NCBI GenBank assembly: GCA_963770835.1
Contig: CAVYRH010000026.1
Span: forward strand, 704,001-768,000
Direction of reading: 5' to 3'
Source of the DNA: an uncultured Pseudomonadota bacterium
GTDB taxonomy: Bacteria; Oederibacteriota; Muellerivitia; Muellerivitales; Muellerivitaceae
Length of the DNA: 64,000 nt
Of this stretch, positions 1-11,804 are shown in pieces. The notes below the pieces were generated by a model. It made no database searches and had not been told where the DNA came from. It saw nothing but the letters and a program-made list of their open reading frames with translations. The translations under genes were made by a program, and so were the position numbers. The stretch's first letter is position 1. Each line of letters begins with the position of its first letter.

Positions 1-146
1 TTCGTCCTCCAGTGGCGGGCTCATTATTTGCCAATGGCCGAATTAGAGGTATGTCCTCAAGGGAAACCTGAGTATCGTCATAAGGGGTTACCGAAAAATC
101 CCGTATAAAAATCTTTATTGGACCGATCAACAAAGGCGGCATTTGG

Positions 147-2981
147 ATGTCTTCTTATCCACACAAAAAGCCGAAAATCTTAGATCTGGCTTTCGGCTTG
201 ATCGGGGCCTTGCTTTGTCCAAGCGGGATCAGTTGGGCCCAGTGCACCCCCACGTCCGCCACTCTCTACGCCGATGCCGACGATGAACTTAACGTCTGGG
301 TCAATGGCAACCTGATTACCACCACGCCCGTGTCCTTCGTCAACGCCGCTAGCGGCACCATCCCAAGCTTTTCTATCCCCGCGGGCGATTTCGTCAGCGG
401 TAACAACCTGATCGCGGCTGAGAACATCAATACCAGCGCCAGCGTCGTGATGGCTTCCTGGGTCATCGACGTCACCTGTTCCAGCGGCCAGCACGCCTAT
501 TTTTCCAACACCGATTCCTGCTATCAGACTTATGACGATGTCCCGGGCACTTCCAACCCCGTGAGCGCTCCCTCAACCGTTGGCGGCGTTTACTGGTATC
601 AGACGGGCTACCCCGCCACGGCTGTCAGCGGTTATTTCACCGGAACCCCGGTCCAGGTGACCGCGGCGGCGGTCACCGCAAACGATCCCTACTTGAAACC
701 CATGTACAGTCCCCAAACGGGCCAGCTTGAACCCTTCACTTCGATCGACAATACGGGGCTCGATAACTCCGCTAACGAAGTCATCTATTACCGGGGGGAA
801 TGTCCCTTGAACCCGGAGGTTTATACTTCGCCCAACTTCACGATCCAAAAAATCCCGGGGGTCACATCCTTCCCCTCCACCAGCAACTACAGTCCGACTG
901 CGCCTTACACCATCATCGTTTGCAACAGTGGTGCTCCCGTCAATTCGCCCGTGACGGTTTGGGACCAGATGCTGGGGGGTATCGGTGGAAATTACACGGG
1001 ACCCTATTGGAGCTATCCCACAAACCCCTATAGCGCCAATTCCGTTTCCGGAGGAGCCCTCTTCACATTCCCTCAGGGTTTCGGGGGGGACAATACTTGC
1101 GTCACCATGATGGCCAACATCTCTAACTTCAATACTTCTACCGGCTGCACGGTCCTCAACGCCGCGGGAGTCAGCTGGGGGGGCACGCCCCAGCCCACCA
1201 CCACCGCCGGGGTTCCGGTGTCCTGTTCCACGAACACCTTTACCCCCACCTTCACCCCAACCTCCACTTGGACCAACACACCCACGCCTTCCATTACCTC
1301 GACGCCCACGAAGACGTCTACTTCAACGCCTACGTTCACCCCCACCAACACAGCCACCCCCACTTCCACCTTCACACCCACGAATACATCCACCATCACT
1401 CCCACCAAAACGCCTACCGCTACAGCCACCGATAGTCCCACCAATACGCCCACGGCCACGCCCTCCAATACTTTCACGGTTACGCCGTCCGGTACCCCAA
1501 CGAATACACCGACTCCTAGCCCCAGCCGAACTCCTACGGCCACCCCCACCAACACCGCCAGTTTTACGTCCACCGCGACACCAACCAATACGGTTGCCAA
1601 TACCCCCACCGCTACCGTGACGAATACCCACACTTCGACGTCCAGTGCCACACCGTCAAGTACCCCCACCAGCAGCTCCACTTCTACGCCGACCACCAGC
1701 CCCAGTTCCACACCGACCACCACTTCTACGAACACCCTGGCCAACACCGCCACAAATACTCCGACCAAAACGCCCACAACAACGCCTACCCTCACTGCCA
1801 CTCCGACCTCTACCAGTTCCCCTACCAATACCCCGACCAATACGGCTACGGGAACGCCCGGTTCGACCCCTACCCTTACCCCCACCGCCACGGCTACCCA
1901 GACTTACATCAATACCCCTACCCCGACCGACAGCCCCACCAAGACACCGACGGCCACCCCCAGTTCCACGCCTACGGTCACGGCCACTTTCACGCCCAGC
2001 TTCACCACCACCGCCAGCCCGACCTTTACCGCCAGCCTGACCCCCACTAATACCCTCATCAATACCGGAACACCCAGCCCAACCCCCACCCGGACGGCCA
2101 CCTCCACTTTGACCGCTACGGCCAGCTCAACCCCAACGAGCAGTGCCACGGCCACCCCGACCGATACTTTCGTGAATACCCCTACGCCGACCGACACTCC
2201 CACGGCCAGCCCTAGTTACACCCCTAGCGCCACCCCGACCCTGACAGCAACTTCCACGGTCACCTCCACGGCCAGCTCTACCGCAACATTCACTGCCACC
2301 GCGACTCCCACCAACACCTTCGTCAACACGCCCACCCCGACGAATACCCCCACTAGCTCCATGACGGCGACCCCCAGCTCCACCGCGAGTACGACCGCCT
2401 CAGCCACGCCTTCTTCCAGTGCCACCCGCACCGTCACCTCCAGCCCTTCGGCCACAACCACCCGGACAGCTACCACCACGCCGTCGTTCACCGCAAGCCA
2501 AACCCCAAGCTGGACCGCCACGGCCACAACGACCAACAGCCCCACCCGGACGAAAACCACCACCCCGACCTGGACGCCTTCCCCAACGATGACTTCGACG
2601 CGAACTTCCACGCCCACCCTTACGATTACCTCAACCTTTAGCATCACCCCCACCCCCACGGTGAGCGTGACGCCCACCGCCACAGGGAATTTCGTGGACA
2701 TCTTCAAGGTTTCCCAAAATATCTTGCGCCCGTCCCAAGGGCCGGTTTCCATTGAAGTGCAATACAGCCGCTACCCTGGGCTCTACAGCCTGATGATCTA
2801 CAATTCGGCGGGGGAGCACATTAAAACGTTGGATAACACCACCTTGAACGCCCCGGTGAGCGCGGTCTACCAGTGGGACGGGAAGAACAAATACGGGGAT
2901 ACCTGCGCCAGCGGGATTTACATCCTCAACCTCACCGAACCCTATAGCCGGAAAGTCAAGAAGTTGCTTATTGTGAGGTAG
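147..2981 (+). CDS. Secreted Thr/Pro-rich (mucin-like) surface protein: signal peptide, Cys-containing N-terminal beta domain(s), ~480-aa T-x-T-P stalk, C-terminal FlgD-Ig/T9SS-CTD-like domain
   Basis: Signal peptide ending SWA|Q; long TPT/TNT/TAT region; C-terminus [12 protein letters not shown]...WDGKNKYG...ASGIYIL...KKLLIVR. Confidence 0.85.
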   Translation: MSSYPHKKPKILDLAFGLIGALLCPSGISWAQCTPTSATLYADADDELNVWVNGNLITTTPVSFVNAASGTIPSFSIPAGDFVSGNNLIAAENINTSASVVMASWVIDVTCSSGQHAYFSNTDSCYQTYDDVPGTSNPVSAPSTVGGVYWYQTGYPATAVSGYFTGTPVQVTAAAVTANDPYLKPMYSPQTGQLEPFTSIDNTGLDNSANEVIYYRGECPLNPEVYTSPNFTIQKIPGVTSFPSTSNYSPTAPYTIIVCNSGAPVNSPVTVWDQMLGGIGGNYTGPYWSYPTNPYSANSVSGGALFTFPQGFGGDNTCVTMMANISNFNTSTGCTVLNAAGVSWGGTPQPTTTAGVPVSCSTNTFTPTFTPTSTWTNTPTPSITSTPTKTSTSTPTFTPTNTATPTSTFTPTNTSTITPTKTPTATATDSPTNTPTATPSNTFTVTPSGTPTNTPTPSPSRTPTATPTNTASFTSTATPTNTVANTPTATVTNTHTSTSSATPSSTPTSSSTSTPTTSPSSTPTTTSTNTLANTATNTPTKTPTTTPTLTATPTSTSSPTNTPTNTATGTPGSTPTLTPTATATQTYINTPTPTDSPTKTPTATPSSTPTVTATFTPSFTTTASPTFTASLTPTNTLINTGTPSPTPTRTATSTLTATASSTPTSSATATPTDTFVNTPTPTDTPTASPSYTPSATPTLTATSTVTSTASSTATFTATATPTNTFVNTPTPTNTPTSSMTATPSSTASTTASATPSSSATRTVTSSPSATTTRTATTTPSFTASQTPSWTATATTTNSPTRTKTTTPTWTPSPTMTSTRTSTPTLTITSTFSITPTPTVSVTPTATGNFVDIFKVSQNILRPSQGPVSIEVQYSRYPGLYSLMIYNSAGEHIKTLDNTTLNAPVSAVYQWDGKNKYGDTCASGIYILNLTEPYSRKVKKLLIVR

Positions 2982-5025
2982 CCCTGGAAGGCCGGGAGAG
3001 TGTCTCAAGCGCCTGGCGGGTGGAAGGGCTCGGATTCAGCTCCAGAGCTTTTTGGAAAAAGACCATGGCTTTGCCCGAATCGCCCGATTGGTAGGCCGCG
3101 ATTCCGGCGTCATAATAGCTGTCGGCGTTTTTCGGATCGACCGCAATGGCCCTTTCCATCCACTCCGAAGCCTTATTCCCCTCACCCATTTGTAAATAAT
3201 TAAAACCCACATTCAAGTCGTTTTGCGGATTTTCGGGGTCCCAAGCTTCAACCCAAAGAAGATGGGGAAGGGCTTTTTCATAAAAAGAAGCAAATGCCTT
3301 AGGCACATAAGCCCCGGGAGGGGTCATCAAGCCCCACCCTCTCGCTGCTTCCTTTTGGTACCAGGCCGCCATCCAAAGGCGTGCCATTCCGTAGTCCTTC
3401 AAGAAATAATTCCACGAGACATCATCCACCGAATCGTCGGGTTTTTGGAAATGCCTTAGCCGCATCCCCCGCCAAAGGGCTTCGGCCCGGGCTTCGTCGA
3501 AAAGTGCCTTTTCTGACGGTAGGAAACCTTCTTGTGTCAAACCATTGGGAACCAGTTGGACCTGTTCCAAACCGTCCGCTGAGAGGTCCGGAAAAGTAAA
3601 GAAAAGCCTATGACTGGGGTTTTGCTCCACCATCCACTGGAAAAGATGGCCCGAGATGTATTCCTTGCCCTTCTCGTGAAGAGGATAGGGAACCTTCAAG
3701 CCCGGCTGGGTGCGGGCTAGGAACATACGGTACCAATCCATCGGAAGACTTCCCCCGCCCAAAACCGTGATATCGGGTCTTTTCCCCTCGATCATCTGGA
3801 GGTACCAACAAGGGAAATCCAGAACGTCGCCTTTGCAGAAGAAGAAGCCTCCCGCCGGCACGGATTTCCAGGCGTTTAGGACATAGTCGTAGGTATAGGT
3901 GTAAAAGGCCTGGCCGCCGGTCAGGCAACGGAAAAACACCAGCCCCAGCACCAAAACCCATGTGGCCAAGAGCGGGGCCCGCCCAAAGAAGCGAAACCGA
4001 CTTTTCCACAATTCCGCCAGATAACCAAGGCCCGGGGCCGCGAAAAGAGGGATGAGGATGAAGGCGGCAATGGAATAGTTTTGCATCAGGTAGATGCGTT
4101 CACTGGAAAACTTGGAGAAAACGCAAACGGCGGCGAAGAGTCCGGACCAAGCGAGGAGGAATCCCAAGGCGACGCGGCGGTTTTCCTTCCAAGCGGCGAA
4201 GGCCCCCAGGAGAGCCAAAAGAAGGACTCCGCTGAATTCCACAAAGGCCGATTTGATGTAGAAGAAACCCTGCTGAGCCCAAAGAAGCGGGTCTGCTGTG
4301 AAGTCCTTGTCCTTGTCCACGTAGCGGCTGACGTGGTGAAGGAAATTGGAAAGGTTCACCGGATGGGCCCAATTGACAAGCGGGTCCAGAGCAGAACGTA
4401 AGGGAAGGTATAAGTAAAGGGAAAGGCCAATGATTAGAAATGAGGAGCTAGCTAAAATTTCCTTAACCGTTAGGCCCCGTTCTTTCCATCGACCCCACGC
4501 CAAGTACATAAAGCCCACCAAACAAGGCAGCATGCTCATCCAGTGGTTGGCCAGTGAAAGGCCGAAAAGGAAGAAGGACGCTCCCAGTTTTCCACGCAAA
4601 AGAGGGGAGAAGATCGCCAATATAAAAACGGCTGTCAGCTGGTAAATTCCGTTTTTGCAGCTTAAAGAAGCCGGGTAAGCCGTGACTCCCGCCATCCAAA
4701 GCAGGGCGAAAGGCCAGGCGAGGGAGGCGGCCACTTGGAACCTGTCCTTCAGGATATGGAAAAGCAGGAGACAGGCGAATGCCCCGCAAAGAGCCGAGAG
4801 CAAGTTGACCCGAAGACAGGGGTGCCCCAGGGGCAGAAGGGAAAGCAACCGGCCCAAGAGGGTGTAAAGGGGATAACCCGGGGGATGGGCGATACCCAAG
4901 GTTGCGGCCACCGTGGCGATCTCTGGACTGTCATCCATATAGAAGGAAGGGTTCAAGCCCCAAAGCGTGAGGGCGAAGGCCGTTAAAAACAAAAGGCCCC
5001 CCCAAAGATGGTCCTTTCGCTTCAT
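2968..5025 (-). CDS. DUF2723/TMEM260-like membrane glycosyltransferase (GT-C fold) with C-terminal TPRs
   Basis: [24 protein letters not shown] motif, many TM helices, GLSLANHW, C-terminal TPR-like helices. Start moved to ATG 5025 (ATGA overlap with the upstream gene stop). Confidence 0.8.
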   Translation of the reverse strand: MKRKDHLWGGLLFLTAFALTLWGLNPSFYMDDSPEIATVAATLGIAHPPGYPLYTLLGRLLSLLPLGHPCLRVNLLSALCGAFACLLLFHILKDRFQVAASLAWPFALLWMAGVTAYPASLSCKNGIYQLTAVFILAIFSPLLRGKLGASFFLFGLSLANHWMSMLPCLVGFMYLAWGRWKERGLTVKEILASSSFLIIGLSLYLYLPLRSALDPLVNWAHPVNLSNFLHHVSRYVDKDKDFTADPLLWAQQGFFYIKSAFVEFSGVLLLALLGAFAAWKENRRVALGFLLAWSGLFAAVCVFSKFSSERIYLMQNYSIAAFILIPLFAAPGLGYLAELWKSRFRFFGRAPLLATWVLVLGLVFFRCLTGGQAFYTYTYDYVLNAWKSVPAGGFFFCKGDVLDFPCWYLQMIEGKRPDITVLGGGSLPMDWYRMFLARTQPGLKVPYPLHEKGKEYISGHLFQWMVEQNPSHRLFFTFPDLSADGLEQVQLVPNGLTQEGFLPSEKALFDEARAEALWRGMRLRHFQKPDDSVDDVSWNYFLKDYGMARLWMAAWYQKEAARGWGLMTPPGAYVPKAFASFYEKALPHLLWVEAWDPENPQNDLNVGFNYLQMGEGNKASEWMERAIAVDPKNADSYYDAGIAAYQSGDSGKAMVFFQKALELNPSPSTRQALETLSRPSRATSQ

Positions 5026-7250
5026 CGAGCCACCACTTTCCGCCAAGCCCAGCCGCCCGAAGCAAAAAGGTAACTGGCGAGAGCGATGAGGGAGATCCAT
5101 TTACCCAGAGTGAAACCGGGCGCCTCATAAAGAAGGTCGAAATGGTGGATTCCGGCGGATAAGGGGATCGCTCGGGCGAAAACATCTCCCGGCATTACGT
5201 GGTAATTTTTTTGGACGCTGTCCGGGTAAGCCCGGGCCTTCCATCCGCTTCCGTAGCTATCGGTTATCAAAAGGATCTGAGGTTTGTCGGTTTGGACGGT
5301 GAGTTCCGCCCAGTCGCTGTTGTGGTTATGGAGGGTCATCCGGCCCTTTCCCCCATTTTCCTCGGGAAGGGGATCGGGGGTTCCTTCCAGGATGACTTCA
5401 GTTTGGGGATTGAAACCGGGTTGGTTAAAGAGTTCCAGGGCGTCCTTCAGGCCGGAGGCTTGATGCCACCCACCGACCAGGAAAACGCGGGGAAAGCGGG
5501 GAAAGGGGTTGGGTGTCACTTGAAACTGATCCCCTTTTTTGTCGATGAAATAGCCCAACCGGGTTAAAGAACTTTTGGCGGGAGTGAGGCTCAAAAATTG
5601 AGTGTCCGGGGATTGGCCGGTTCTTTCCCCCGAGGTGATAAAGGCGGAAAGCCTTTTGGGAACCATCGGATCGTCCCCCCACACATCAGGGAAGCCCAGA
5701 CCCATGGAGCGGTCGTTATGGGCCGACCAAAAAACCCGGCCATCCCCTAAGTTGGGGCCGAGTGCCGCCCGGATCGGCTCGGATTCAGCCAGCCAGGATT
5801 GAACGTCAAAAGACGGTACGTGTGATTGGGCAAAGACCCATAGGTTCAGCACTCCCAAAAAGGCCAGTGCGATCTTGCCAGGAGCTTTTCCGAACCATCC
5901 CAAAAAGCCGAAAAACATGAAAAATAGGGCCGCAAATCCGGCCGAAGCCATGCATGCTTCTTTACAGGGCCAATCGCCCATCCAGAACCATCCCATCGCC
6001 AGGAAAAAAAGAAAAGAAAAACCGAAAGCCCAAATAGGCAAAGCTTTCGACGCGGCATCCTCCTCCAACCAGGCTTGGAGACCCTTGGCCGAAAGAAGGG
6101 AGGCAAAGGCCTGGACCAAAATGAAAAATTTGAAACTGCCCCGGAAGTTATGGAAAAGGGGAAACTTCTCCAAAAGGGGATAAAGGAAAGTGTAGGACCC
6201 GAAGGAAAATAGGGCGGCCAGAAGGGAAAGGCCCAAGGGGATGCGGTTTTGGGAGAGGCCGCCCCGGCGAAGAGAATTCAGGGCGAAGAGGAACGCCGCA
6301 ACGCCGATGAAAGGCGTGATTTCCCACCAGATAAGCCTATTTACGAATAATGAGCTGGGGTCGGGCCCGCCGAAAAAATTAGGGGCCAAAATGGTCACTA
6401 GGCCAAGGGGATTCATGGAGAAAAACTCGCTGTTGGATGATTGAGAAAGATCACGGCCGAATTCGGAAGAAGCGGCCCAAGCGGGCATCCATTGGATGGC
6501 AGTAAGGGCCGCGGCGAGGGCGAAGAAACCCAACAAGGCGAGTGCTTGGCGGGTCCAGCGGGAAGGCTGGCGCCAAATTAAGGCCAGGGCGTAGAGAACC
6601 GCAAAGAGAACGCTATAAAAAAAGTATTGGGGATGGCCGGAGAGAAGTTGGAGAGAAAGGATGCCGGAACCCAAAAGCAAGTTCGGGAGGGAGGGGGATT
6701 CCAGTATTTTTTCAATGCTTAAAAAGACCAGTGGAATCCAAGCCATGGCGCAGAGGTTCGTCAAATGGCCGGGGGTGACATGGGCGAAAAAGGCCCCGCC
6801 GAACATGAAGACAAAGGCACCGAAGAGGGCGGAAATAAAAGAGAGGCGGTTGGAAGAGAGCCAAAGATAGGCGAAAAAACCCGCGAGGAAAACATGGAGG
6901 GCGATGGAGAGATTCAGGGCGAAGACCAGGGGGAAGACGAGGAAGATACAGTTCGGTGGATAAAGCAGGGCGGACTGGAAACCCGCGAAGTAAGGTTCGC
7001 CGCAATAAAGGTAAGGGTTCCAAAGGGCCAGGTGCCCTCTGGTCAATTCGGTAAAGCCGAACAGCCGCCAGGCGTAAAACTGGTTGGCCAGGTCCCCGTC
7101 GGCGGTGGAAACCAGGAGATGGGTCGAAAAAAGAATAGGCGAAAAAAGAGTCAGGACCGCGATCACCAAGACAAGAGCGGCCCAGGACTTGCGGATTTGG
7201 GCGGCTGAAAGCAAAAATTGCCGGAGGCTTTCGGAACCATGGGATGTCAT
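5022..7250 (-). CDS. YfhO-family membrane glycosyltransferase (GT-C)
   Basis: GHLALWNPYLYCGEPYFA, LYPPN, GHPQYFFY motifs; C-terminal LLITDSYGSGWKA...ARAIPLSAGIHHFDLLY. Confidence 0.8.
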   Translation of the reverse strand: MTSHGSESLRQFLLSAAQIRKSWAALVLVIAVLTLFSPILFSTHLLVSTADGDLANQFYAWRLFGFTELTRGHLALWNPYLYCGEPYFAGFQSALLYPPNCIFLVFPLVFALNLSIALHVFLAGFFAYLWLSSNRLSFISALFGAFVFMFGGAFFAHVTPGHLTNLCAMAWIPLVFLSIEKILESPSLPNLLLGSGILSLQLLSGHPQYFFYSVLFAVLYALALIWRQPSRWTRQALALLGFFALAAALTAIQWMPAWAASSEFGRDLSQSSNSEFFSMNPLGLVTILAPNFFGGPDPSSLFVNRLIWWEITPFIGVAAFLFALNSLRRGGLSQNRIPLGLSLLAALFSFGSYTFLYPLLEKFPLFHNFRGSFKFFILVQAFASLLSAKGLQAWLEEDAASKALPIWAFGFSFLFFLAMGWFWMGDWPCKEACMASAGFAALFFMFFGFLGWFGKAPGKIALAFLGVLNLWVFAQSHVPSFDVQSWLAESEPIRAALGPNLGDGRVFWSAHNDRSMGLGFPDVWGDDPMVPKRLSAFITSGERTGQSPDTQFLSLTPAKSSLTRLGYFIDKKGDQFQVTPNPFPRFPRVFLVGGWHQASGLKDALELFNQPGFNPQTEVILEGTPDPLPEENGGKGRMTLHNHNSDWAELTVQTDKPQILLITDSYGSGWKARAYPDSVQKNYHVMPGDVFARAIPLSAGIHHFDLLYEAPGFTLGKWISLIALASYLFASGGWAWRKVVAR

Positions 7251-7289
7251 GGGGCTAGGATACCGTAAAATTTTGAATTCAAAATGGGT

Positions 7290-9212
7290 TTAGGGTAACC
7301 CGTTCCCCAAAATCTGCCGGGCTGTAGGGTCCCCGGGCTTTTCCCTTAAAACCCGTTGCATGCAAAGGGCGGCTTCCGGCCGGCGGCCGGTGTAAGCATA
7401 GAGAAGTCCCAGGTTGTAATAAAAATCGTAATACCTTCCCCCCGTTTGGTGGATGGCCTCTAGGAAAAGCGACTCCGAGGCTTCCGGATGCCCGCTGTTG
7501 GCGCAGAAAATTCCAAGGTTCTGGAGGCTATTGGGAAAAACAACCGGTTTATACAAATCTTCCCAAATGCAGTCCCAAAGCGGGGGAGGGGATGCTTGGA
7601 GCAGGGTGGAGGACTCCGACAGGATGGACCGCGAGACGCCCGCTTCCGACAAGAGCCGGTTATAGTCCAAATCGGGAACCTGATCCGCGTAACCCCGTCT
7701 CAAAAAAATTGCTGCGGTAGCATCCAAATAAACCAGGCGCCAATCGGGCACGGATTGGAGCAGCATGGTCCAATGGGCGTTTAGGGGGTTGAAAAAAAGG
7801 ATGTTGGCTTGGTATTTGTCAGCCAAACCCTCCAGACTCCCGGAATCGTTGAATCTCAAGTATTCGGAATAGAATTTCCCGCCGAAGACCTCCAGGCGGC
7901 TATCGATGAAGGTCTTCTGGGGGCCTTTCCAATCCAGCCAACCGCCGTCATCGAACTGGTTCAGGATTCTTCCATCCAGGTGATTTTGAACGAGGAATTC
8001 GCAAGCCTTCACCGGTTGGGCCCCGAAATCCAGCCCTAGGCCAAAACGGTCGGTCCGACGGTCGGAAACGTAGTAGGCGCCGGTCACAACCCTGAGGCAA
8101 AGACCCAGGAGGAAGACCGTGATGATCCAAGAAACAAAGGGTTTGGACAAGAGGGACTCTTGAAGTTTACTCGGCCAACCCCATTCCAGATCCATCCAAG
8201 AGGCGGCCGTAAGGGGAAGGCAGGTTATCATAAAAAGTGGAATATTCCGGAAGGCGGAGACGGAGAGGCCGAAGAAGACGGCGAAGAGGAGCCAATCGCG
8301 AATTTTCCTTTTGTGGAAAGTCACCGCCATCAAGCCGAAGAGAAAAAAACTGAAAAGCTTGTAAAGCAGGAGGTAAAGGGTGGGGGCGGACAAGAGGGTC
8401 GGCGTGGCGAACCAGGGGGATTGCAATTCTTTTAAACTGTCGTGCATCACTGGGTCGCTCAGAGTGGTCAGGTTCGCAAGGGGATAAGCCACGCCACGAA
8501 GGAAATAGGGGTTTACAAGGCAAAAAGCAATCGACAGCGAGGAATAGAGAAGAAGTTTTTTATCGATTCTCCCCGTGTCAAAACGACTTGAAACCCAATA
8601 AACCCCCATCAAAATCCATCCAAGAATAAAAAGGCCTTCCATATTCACCCAAACGAGTTGAATCAGGGGAAGCGAGAATAAAAGGTCACGGTTTCGGCGC
8701 ACCCGTGATTCCAACACCCAAAGGGTCAGGCTCATGAGAAACCAGCTGGCGATCTCGGGGCGGACGCGGAAGCGTATTTCGCAGGTTAAAAGAGTTGTTG
8801 CAATTAAAAGAACGCATGCCCACAAGGGAGCCCCGACTAACCGCAGGCGTTTGAAAACCAAGAGAACCGTCGCGCCAATGAGAAAAACGTGGAAAAGCGA
8901 AACAAGAGAATAACCCCCTATTCGGTAAAGCAGGTAAAGGGCGACTTGGTAAAGCCAATGAATATCCAGATATGGATGTTCTGGGACGGTATAGGTATAG
9001 GTGTCGTTGGAGGGAAAGCGAAGATTTTCTAGTATCCATTGGCCGCCTTTTAAATGAAGCCCCAAATCGGAGTCGTTAATGAGATGGGTCGAGAAAAGGA
9101 AAGTTAAAAGAAAGCAGGCCAGGAGGGAATAAAACCAAGGATCAACAAGGCGTAGGGGAGGCCGACTAGGAGCAGAAGGAGCTTTCACGGGGAAAGGATT
9201 AGGATCGAGCAT
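7290..9212 (-). CDS. Polytopic membrane protein, probable GT-C glycosyltransferase, with C-terminal TPR
   Basis: DSDLGLHLKGGQWI acidic first loop, RVRPE, WVNMEG, FIDSRLE motifs; many TM helices; TPR-like YYNLGLLY...EAALCMQRVL. Confidence 0.65.
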   Translation of the reverse strand: MLDPNPFPVKAPSAPSRPPLRLVDPWFYSLLACFLLTFLFSTHLINDSDLGLHLKGGQWILENLRFPSNDTYTYTVPEHPYLDIHWLYQVALYLLYRIGGYSLVSLFHVFLIGATVLLVFKRLRLVGAPLWACVLLIATTLLTCEIRFRVRPEIASWFLMSLTLWVLESRVRRNRDLLFSLPLIQLVWVNMEGLFILGWILMGVYWVSSRFDTGRIDKKLLLYSSLSIAFCLVNPYFLRGVAYPLANLTTLSDPVMHDSLKELQSPWFATPTLLSAPTLYLLLYKLFSFFLFGLMAVTFHKRKIRDWLLFAVFFGLSVSAFRNIPLFMITCLPLTAASWMDLEWGWPSKLQESLLSKPFVSWIITVFLLGLCLRVVTGAYYVSDRRTDRFGLGLDFGAQPVKACEFLVQNHLDGRILNQFDDGGWLDWKGPQKTFIDSRLEVFGGKFYSEYLRFNDSGSLEGLADKYQANILFFNPLNAHWTMLLQSVPDWRLVYLDATAAIFLRRGYADQVPDLDYNRLLSEAGVSRSILSESSTLLQASPPPLWDCIWEDLYKPVVFPNSLQNLGIFCANSGHPEASESLFLEAIHQTGGRYYDFYYNLGLLYAYTGRRPEAALCMQRVLREKPGDPTARQILGNGLP

Positions 9213-9301
9213 GAAGGGTATTATAAAGGGTTATTTATGGGACTTCTTCTTCCCGTTATCATTGAGGGGTTTCCGCAAGAATATCCATTAAGGAAGCGAA
9301 T

Positions 9302-11488
9302 TTGCAGGAAAAAGATAAAACCCAATTCATCCTCAGGAAAAAACATCTTCCCCCCGAGGAGCTGGCGGCCCAGACAGGCTTGAGCGTCAACGAGGTTCGG
9401 GAAATCCTCCGAAAAAGCGGAAAGGAAGAGCTGGCGCCAGGGGCCAATCTTTCCATCGCTTGGAAACCGCCGGCTTGGGTTTGGCCCTTTTTATTGATCC
9501 TCGTGGTGATCCTGTTTTACCTGCCGGTCCTCCACAACGATTTCGTGAATTGGGACGATAAGGACGCTATTACCGACAACCCCGCAATCCGTCATTTGGA
9601 CTGGGCTTTCGTGAAGTGGATGTTTACCACTTACACTACCGGGAACTGGATGCCCCTTACCTGGTTTTCCTTCGTCCTGAATTACCGGATGGGAGGGCTG
9701 GACCCGAGGATATTCCACGCCACCAACGTCCTATTCCATTGTTTTAATACGGTTTTGGTTTTTGGGGTATGTCTGCGGATCCTGAGGGCTATCCCTGACG
9801 GGGAAGCATCCGGGGCCTTGGCGCGGGCCAAGGACTTCGCCTTGCCTATCGCCTTTCTGACAGCCCTCCTGTTTGGGTTGCATCCTATCCACGTGGAATC
9901 GGTGGCATGGGCCACCGAACGCAAGGACGTGCTTTATTCCTTTTTTTACCTCGGAAGCCTTTATCTCTACCTGGATTACGCTTTCTCCGGATGGAAAACA
10001 AAAACCCTCAAATGGGGTAGCCTCTTTCTTTATCTGCTTTCCTTGTTGTCGAAACCCATGGCCGTCACCCTTCCTTTTGTTTTTCTTGTATTGGATTATT
10101 GGCCCCTTCGGAAGTTTTTTCGGGATTTTCCCAAAGCTCTCAAGGACAAGGCGCCCTTTTTTGCCCTCGCCCTGGGATCGACTTTGGTTACCTTTCTCTC
10201 TCACGAAAAAACGCTCTCTTACGCGCAAAGCGGTGTCGAATTTTATTGGATATTGAACGCCTTTAGGTCGATCGTTTTTTACCTTTTGAAAATGGCCTGG
10301 CCCTCGGGGCTGACCGGCTATTATCCTTTCCCGCCGCAAATCACTCCGGTCTATCTTCTGGAGGATTTTTGCGCGGTGGGGTTGGTCATCTTGGCTTTTT
10401 ATTATTCCTATCGACTGCGCCAGAAAGCGCCCTATCTCATAACCGCCTGGGCGTATTACATCGTCACGCTCGCGCCGGTATTAGGATTTATCCAGACCGG
10501 ATCCCAGGCCGCGGCGGACCGCTACACCTATCTTCCAAGCCTCGCCTTCTTTTTGCTTTTTTCTGCGGGAGTTGCTCGATGGGTTTCCTACAACCGTTTA
10601 TTATTCGGGGTAATTTCCTTCGCACTGGCGGCAGTTATTGGACTTTTAACAGTGATACAAATCGGAACATGGAAAAACACACAAGTTCTCTGGGAAAGGG
10701 TGACAGAGGTTTATCCTGACGAAAACGCGGATGCCTATTCCCGGTTGGGGGTGGCTTACCTCAAGGCCCACCGCTATGATGAAGCATTAGCCGCTTTTAG
10801 CCGGGCATCGGCCATTCCTCCACCCTTAGCCAGGACCTTCCACGGCTTGGGAACGGCGCTGGTTTATAAGGATAAAATTCCTGAAGCCATTCAGGCATTT
10901 GAATATGCCCTAACTTTGGATCCCCAGTTAATCGGGCCCCGCCTCAATCTTTGGAACGTTTATGAACGGTTAGGCCAGCATGAGATGGCTATCGAGCAAA
11001 TGAAAGAAGCGATCCGTTTAGAGCCAACTTCAGCCTTGTTCCAAAATAATTTGGGGGTGAGCGATGGCTTCCTGAAGCGCTATTCGGAAGCCGAGGCGGC
11101 TTTCGCGAAGGCACATCAGCTGGATCCCCAAAACACGGAATATCTTGTTAATCTTGCCACCATTTGTGAATGGGAGGGTAAAACCCAAGATGCCATGGCA
11201 TGGTATCGCAAGGGGATCATCTCGAATCCAAACGAGGCGGTTTATTTTCTTAAAATAGGAGATATTTACTTATCCGAAGGATTGAAACTACAAGCCCTGA
11301 GGAGTCTTCAAGAGGCATGGAAACTTCACCCCACCACCGCCAAAATCACCCAGCAAATCGGAGAAGACTTTGAAAAATTAGGGAAGGCTGATTTGGCCGC
11401 GGAATGTTTCGCTGAATCGCAGCGATTATCCAATAGCGGAAAGAATCAAGTATCAGAGATTGGAGAATCAACCCAACTTGGAAAGTAA
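9302..11488 (+). CDS. TMTC-like (protein O-mannosyltransferase-type) membrane glycosyltransferase with multiple TPRs
   Basis: DFVNWDD...NPAIR, WMPLTWFS, LHPIHVESVAWATERKDVL, AADRYTYLP motifs, then about 7 TPRs; TTG start. Confidence 0.8.
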   Translation: MQEKDKTQFILRKKHLPPEELAAQTGLSVNEVREILRKSGKEELAPGANLSIAWKPPAWVWPFLLILVVILFYLPVLHNDFVNWDDKDAITDNPAIRHLDWAFVKWMFTTYTTGNWMPLTWFSFVLNYRMGGLDPRIFHATNVLFHCFNTVLVFGVCLRILRAIPDGEASGALARAKDFALPIAFLTALLFGLHPIHVESVAWATERKDVLYSFFYLGSLYLYLDYAFSGWKTKTLKWGSLFLYLLSLLSKPMAVTLPFVFLVLDYWPLRKFFRDFPKALKDKAPFFALALGSTLVTFLSHEKTLSYAQSGVEFYWILNAFRSIVFYLLKMAWPSGLTGYYPFPPQITPVYLLEDFCAVGLVILAFYYSYRLRQKAPYLITAWAYYIVTLAPVLGFIQTGSQAAADRYTYLPSLAFFLLFSAGVARWVSYNRLLFGVISFALAAVIGLLTVIQIGTWKNTQVLWERVTEVYPDENADAYSRLGVAYLKAHRYDEALAAFSRASAIPPPLARTFHGLGTALVYKDKIPEAIQAFEYALTLDPQLIGPRLNLWNVYERLGQHEMAIEQMKEAIRLEPTSALFQNNLGVSDGFLKRYSEAEAAFAKAHQLDPQNTEYLVNLATICEWEGKTQDAMAWYRKGIISNPNEAVYFLKIGDIYLSEGLKLQALRSLQEAWKLHPTTAKITQQIGEDFEKLGKADLAAECFAESQRLSNSGKNQVSEIGESTQLGK

Positions 11489-11804
11489 GTTTTGAATAGA
11501 ACGATCAAATTTGTCCTTCTGGCTTTGGTGCGAAGCAGGAAATAAAATAGGTTTCACGGGAAAACCGAAGTCGAAACTGCTTTCGAAAATAAACAAATTT
11601 ACAGCATAAAATTGCTGTGAACCCTCGTATTCGAAAAATATATGCGATAATATTTAAGTTGAAGGGGCTTTTGGGTCGTTGTGTTGTAACGTTATGAGAC
11701 TGCGCTGTTTAGATTAAGCTCTCATCAAACTATTTTTTTAAATCATTGTTGATTTCTAATCCGAAACCGTTTTTGCAATTGACGATTTTGGGGAAAAAAT
11801 AAAG

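Noticed and set aside
1230..2690. TxT periodicity as an ice-binding or ice-nucleation beta-solenoid
   Set aside because: High Pro content and no fixed repeat length argue for an extended mucin-like linker
1073..2752. Val/Gly-rich antisense ORFs (also 13085-14503 and 56805-58910)
   Set aside because: Shadows of ACN/CCN codons in the Thr/Pro stalks; no independent coding signal
11540..11590. Possible c-di-GMP-I riboswitch upstream of the 1311-aa gene (GGGAAAACC...GAAA)
   Set aside because: The conserved GACGCAAAG segment and second stem were not found
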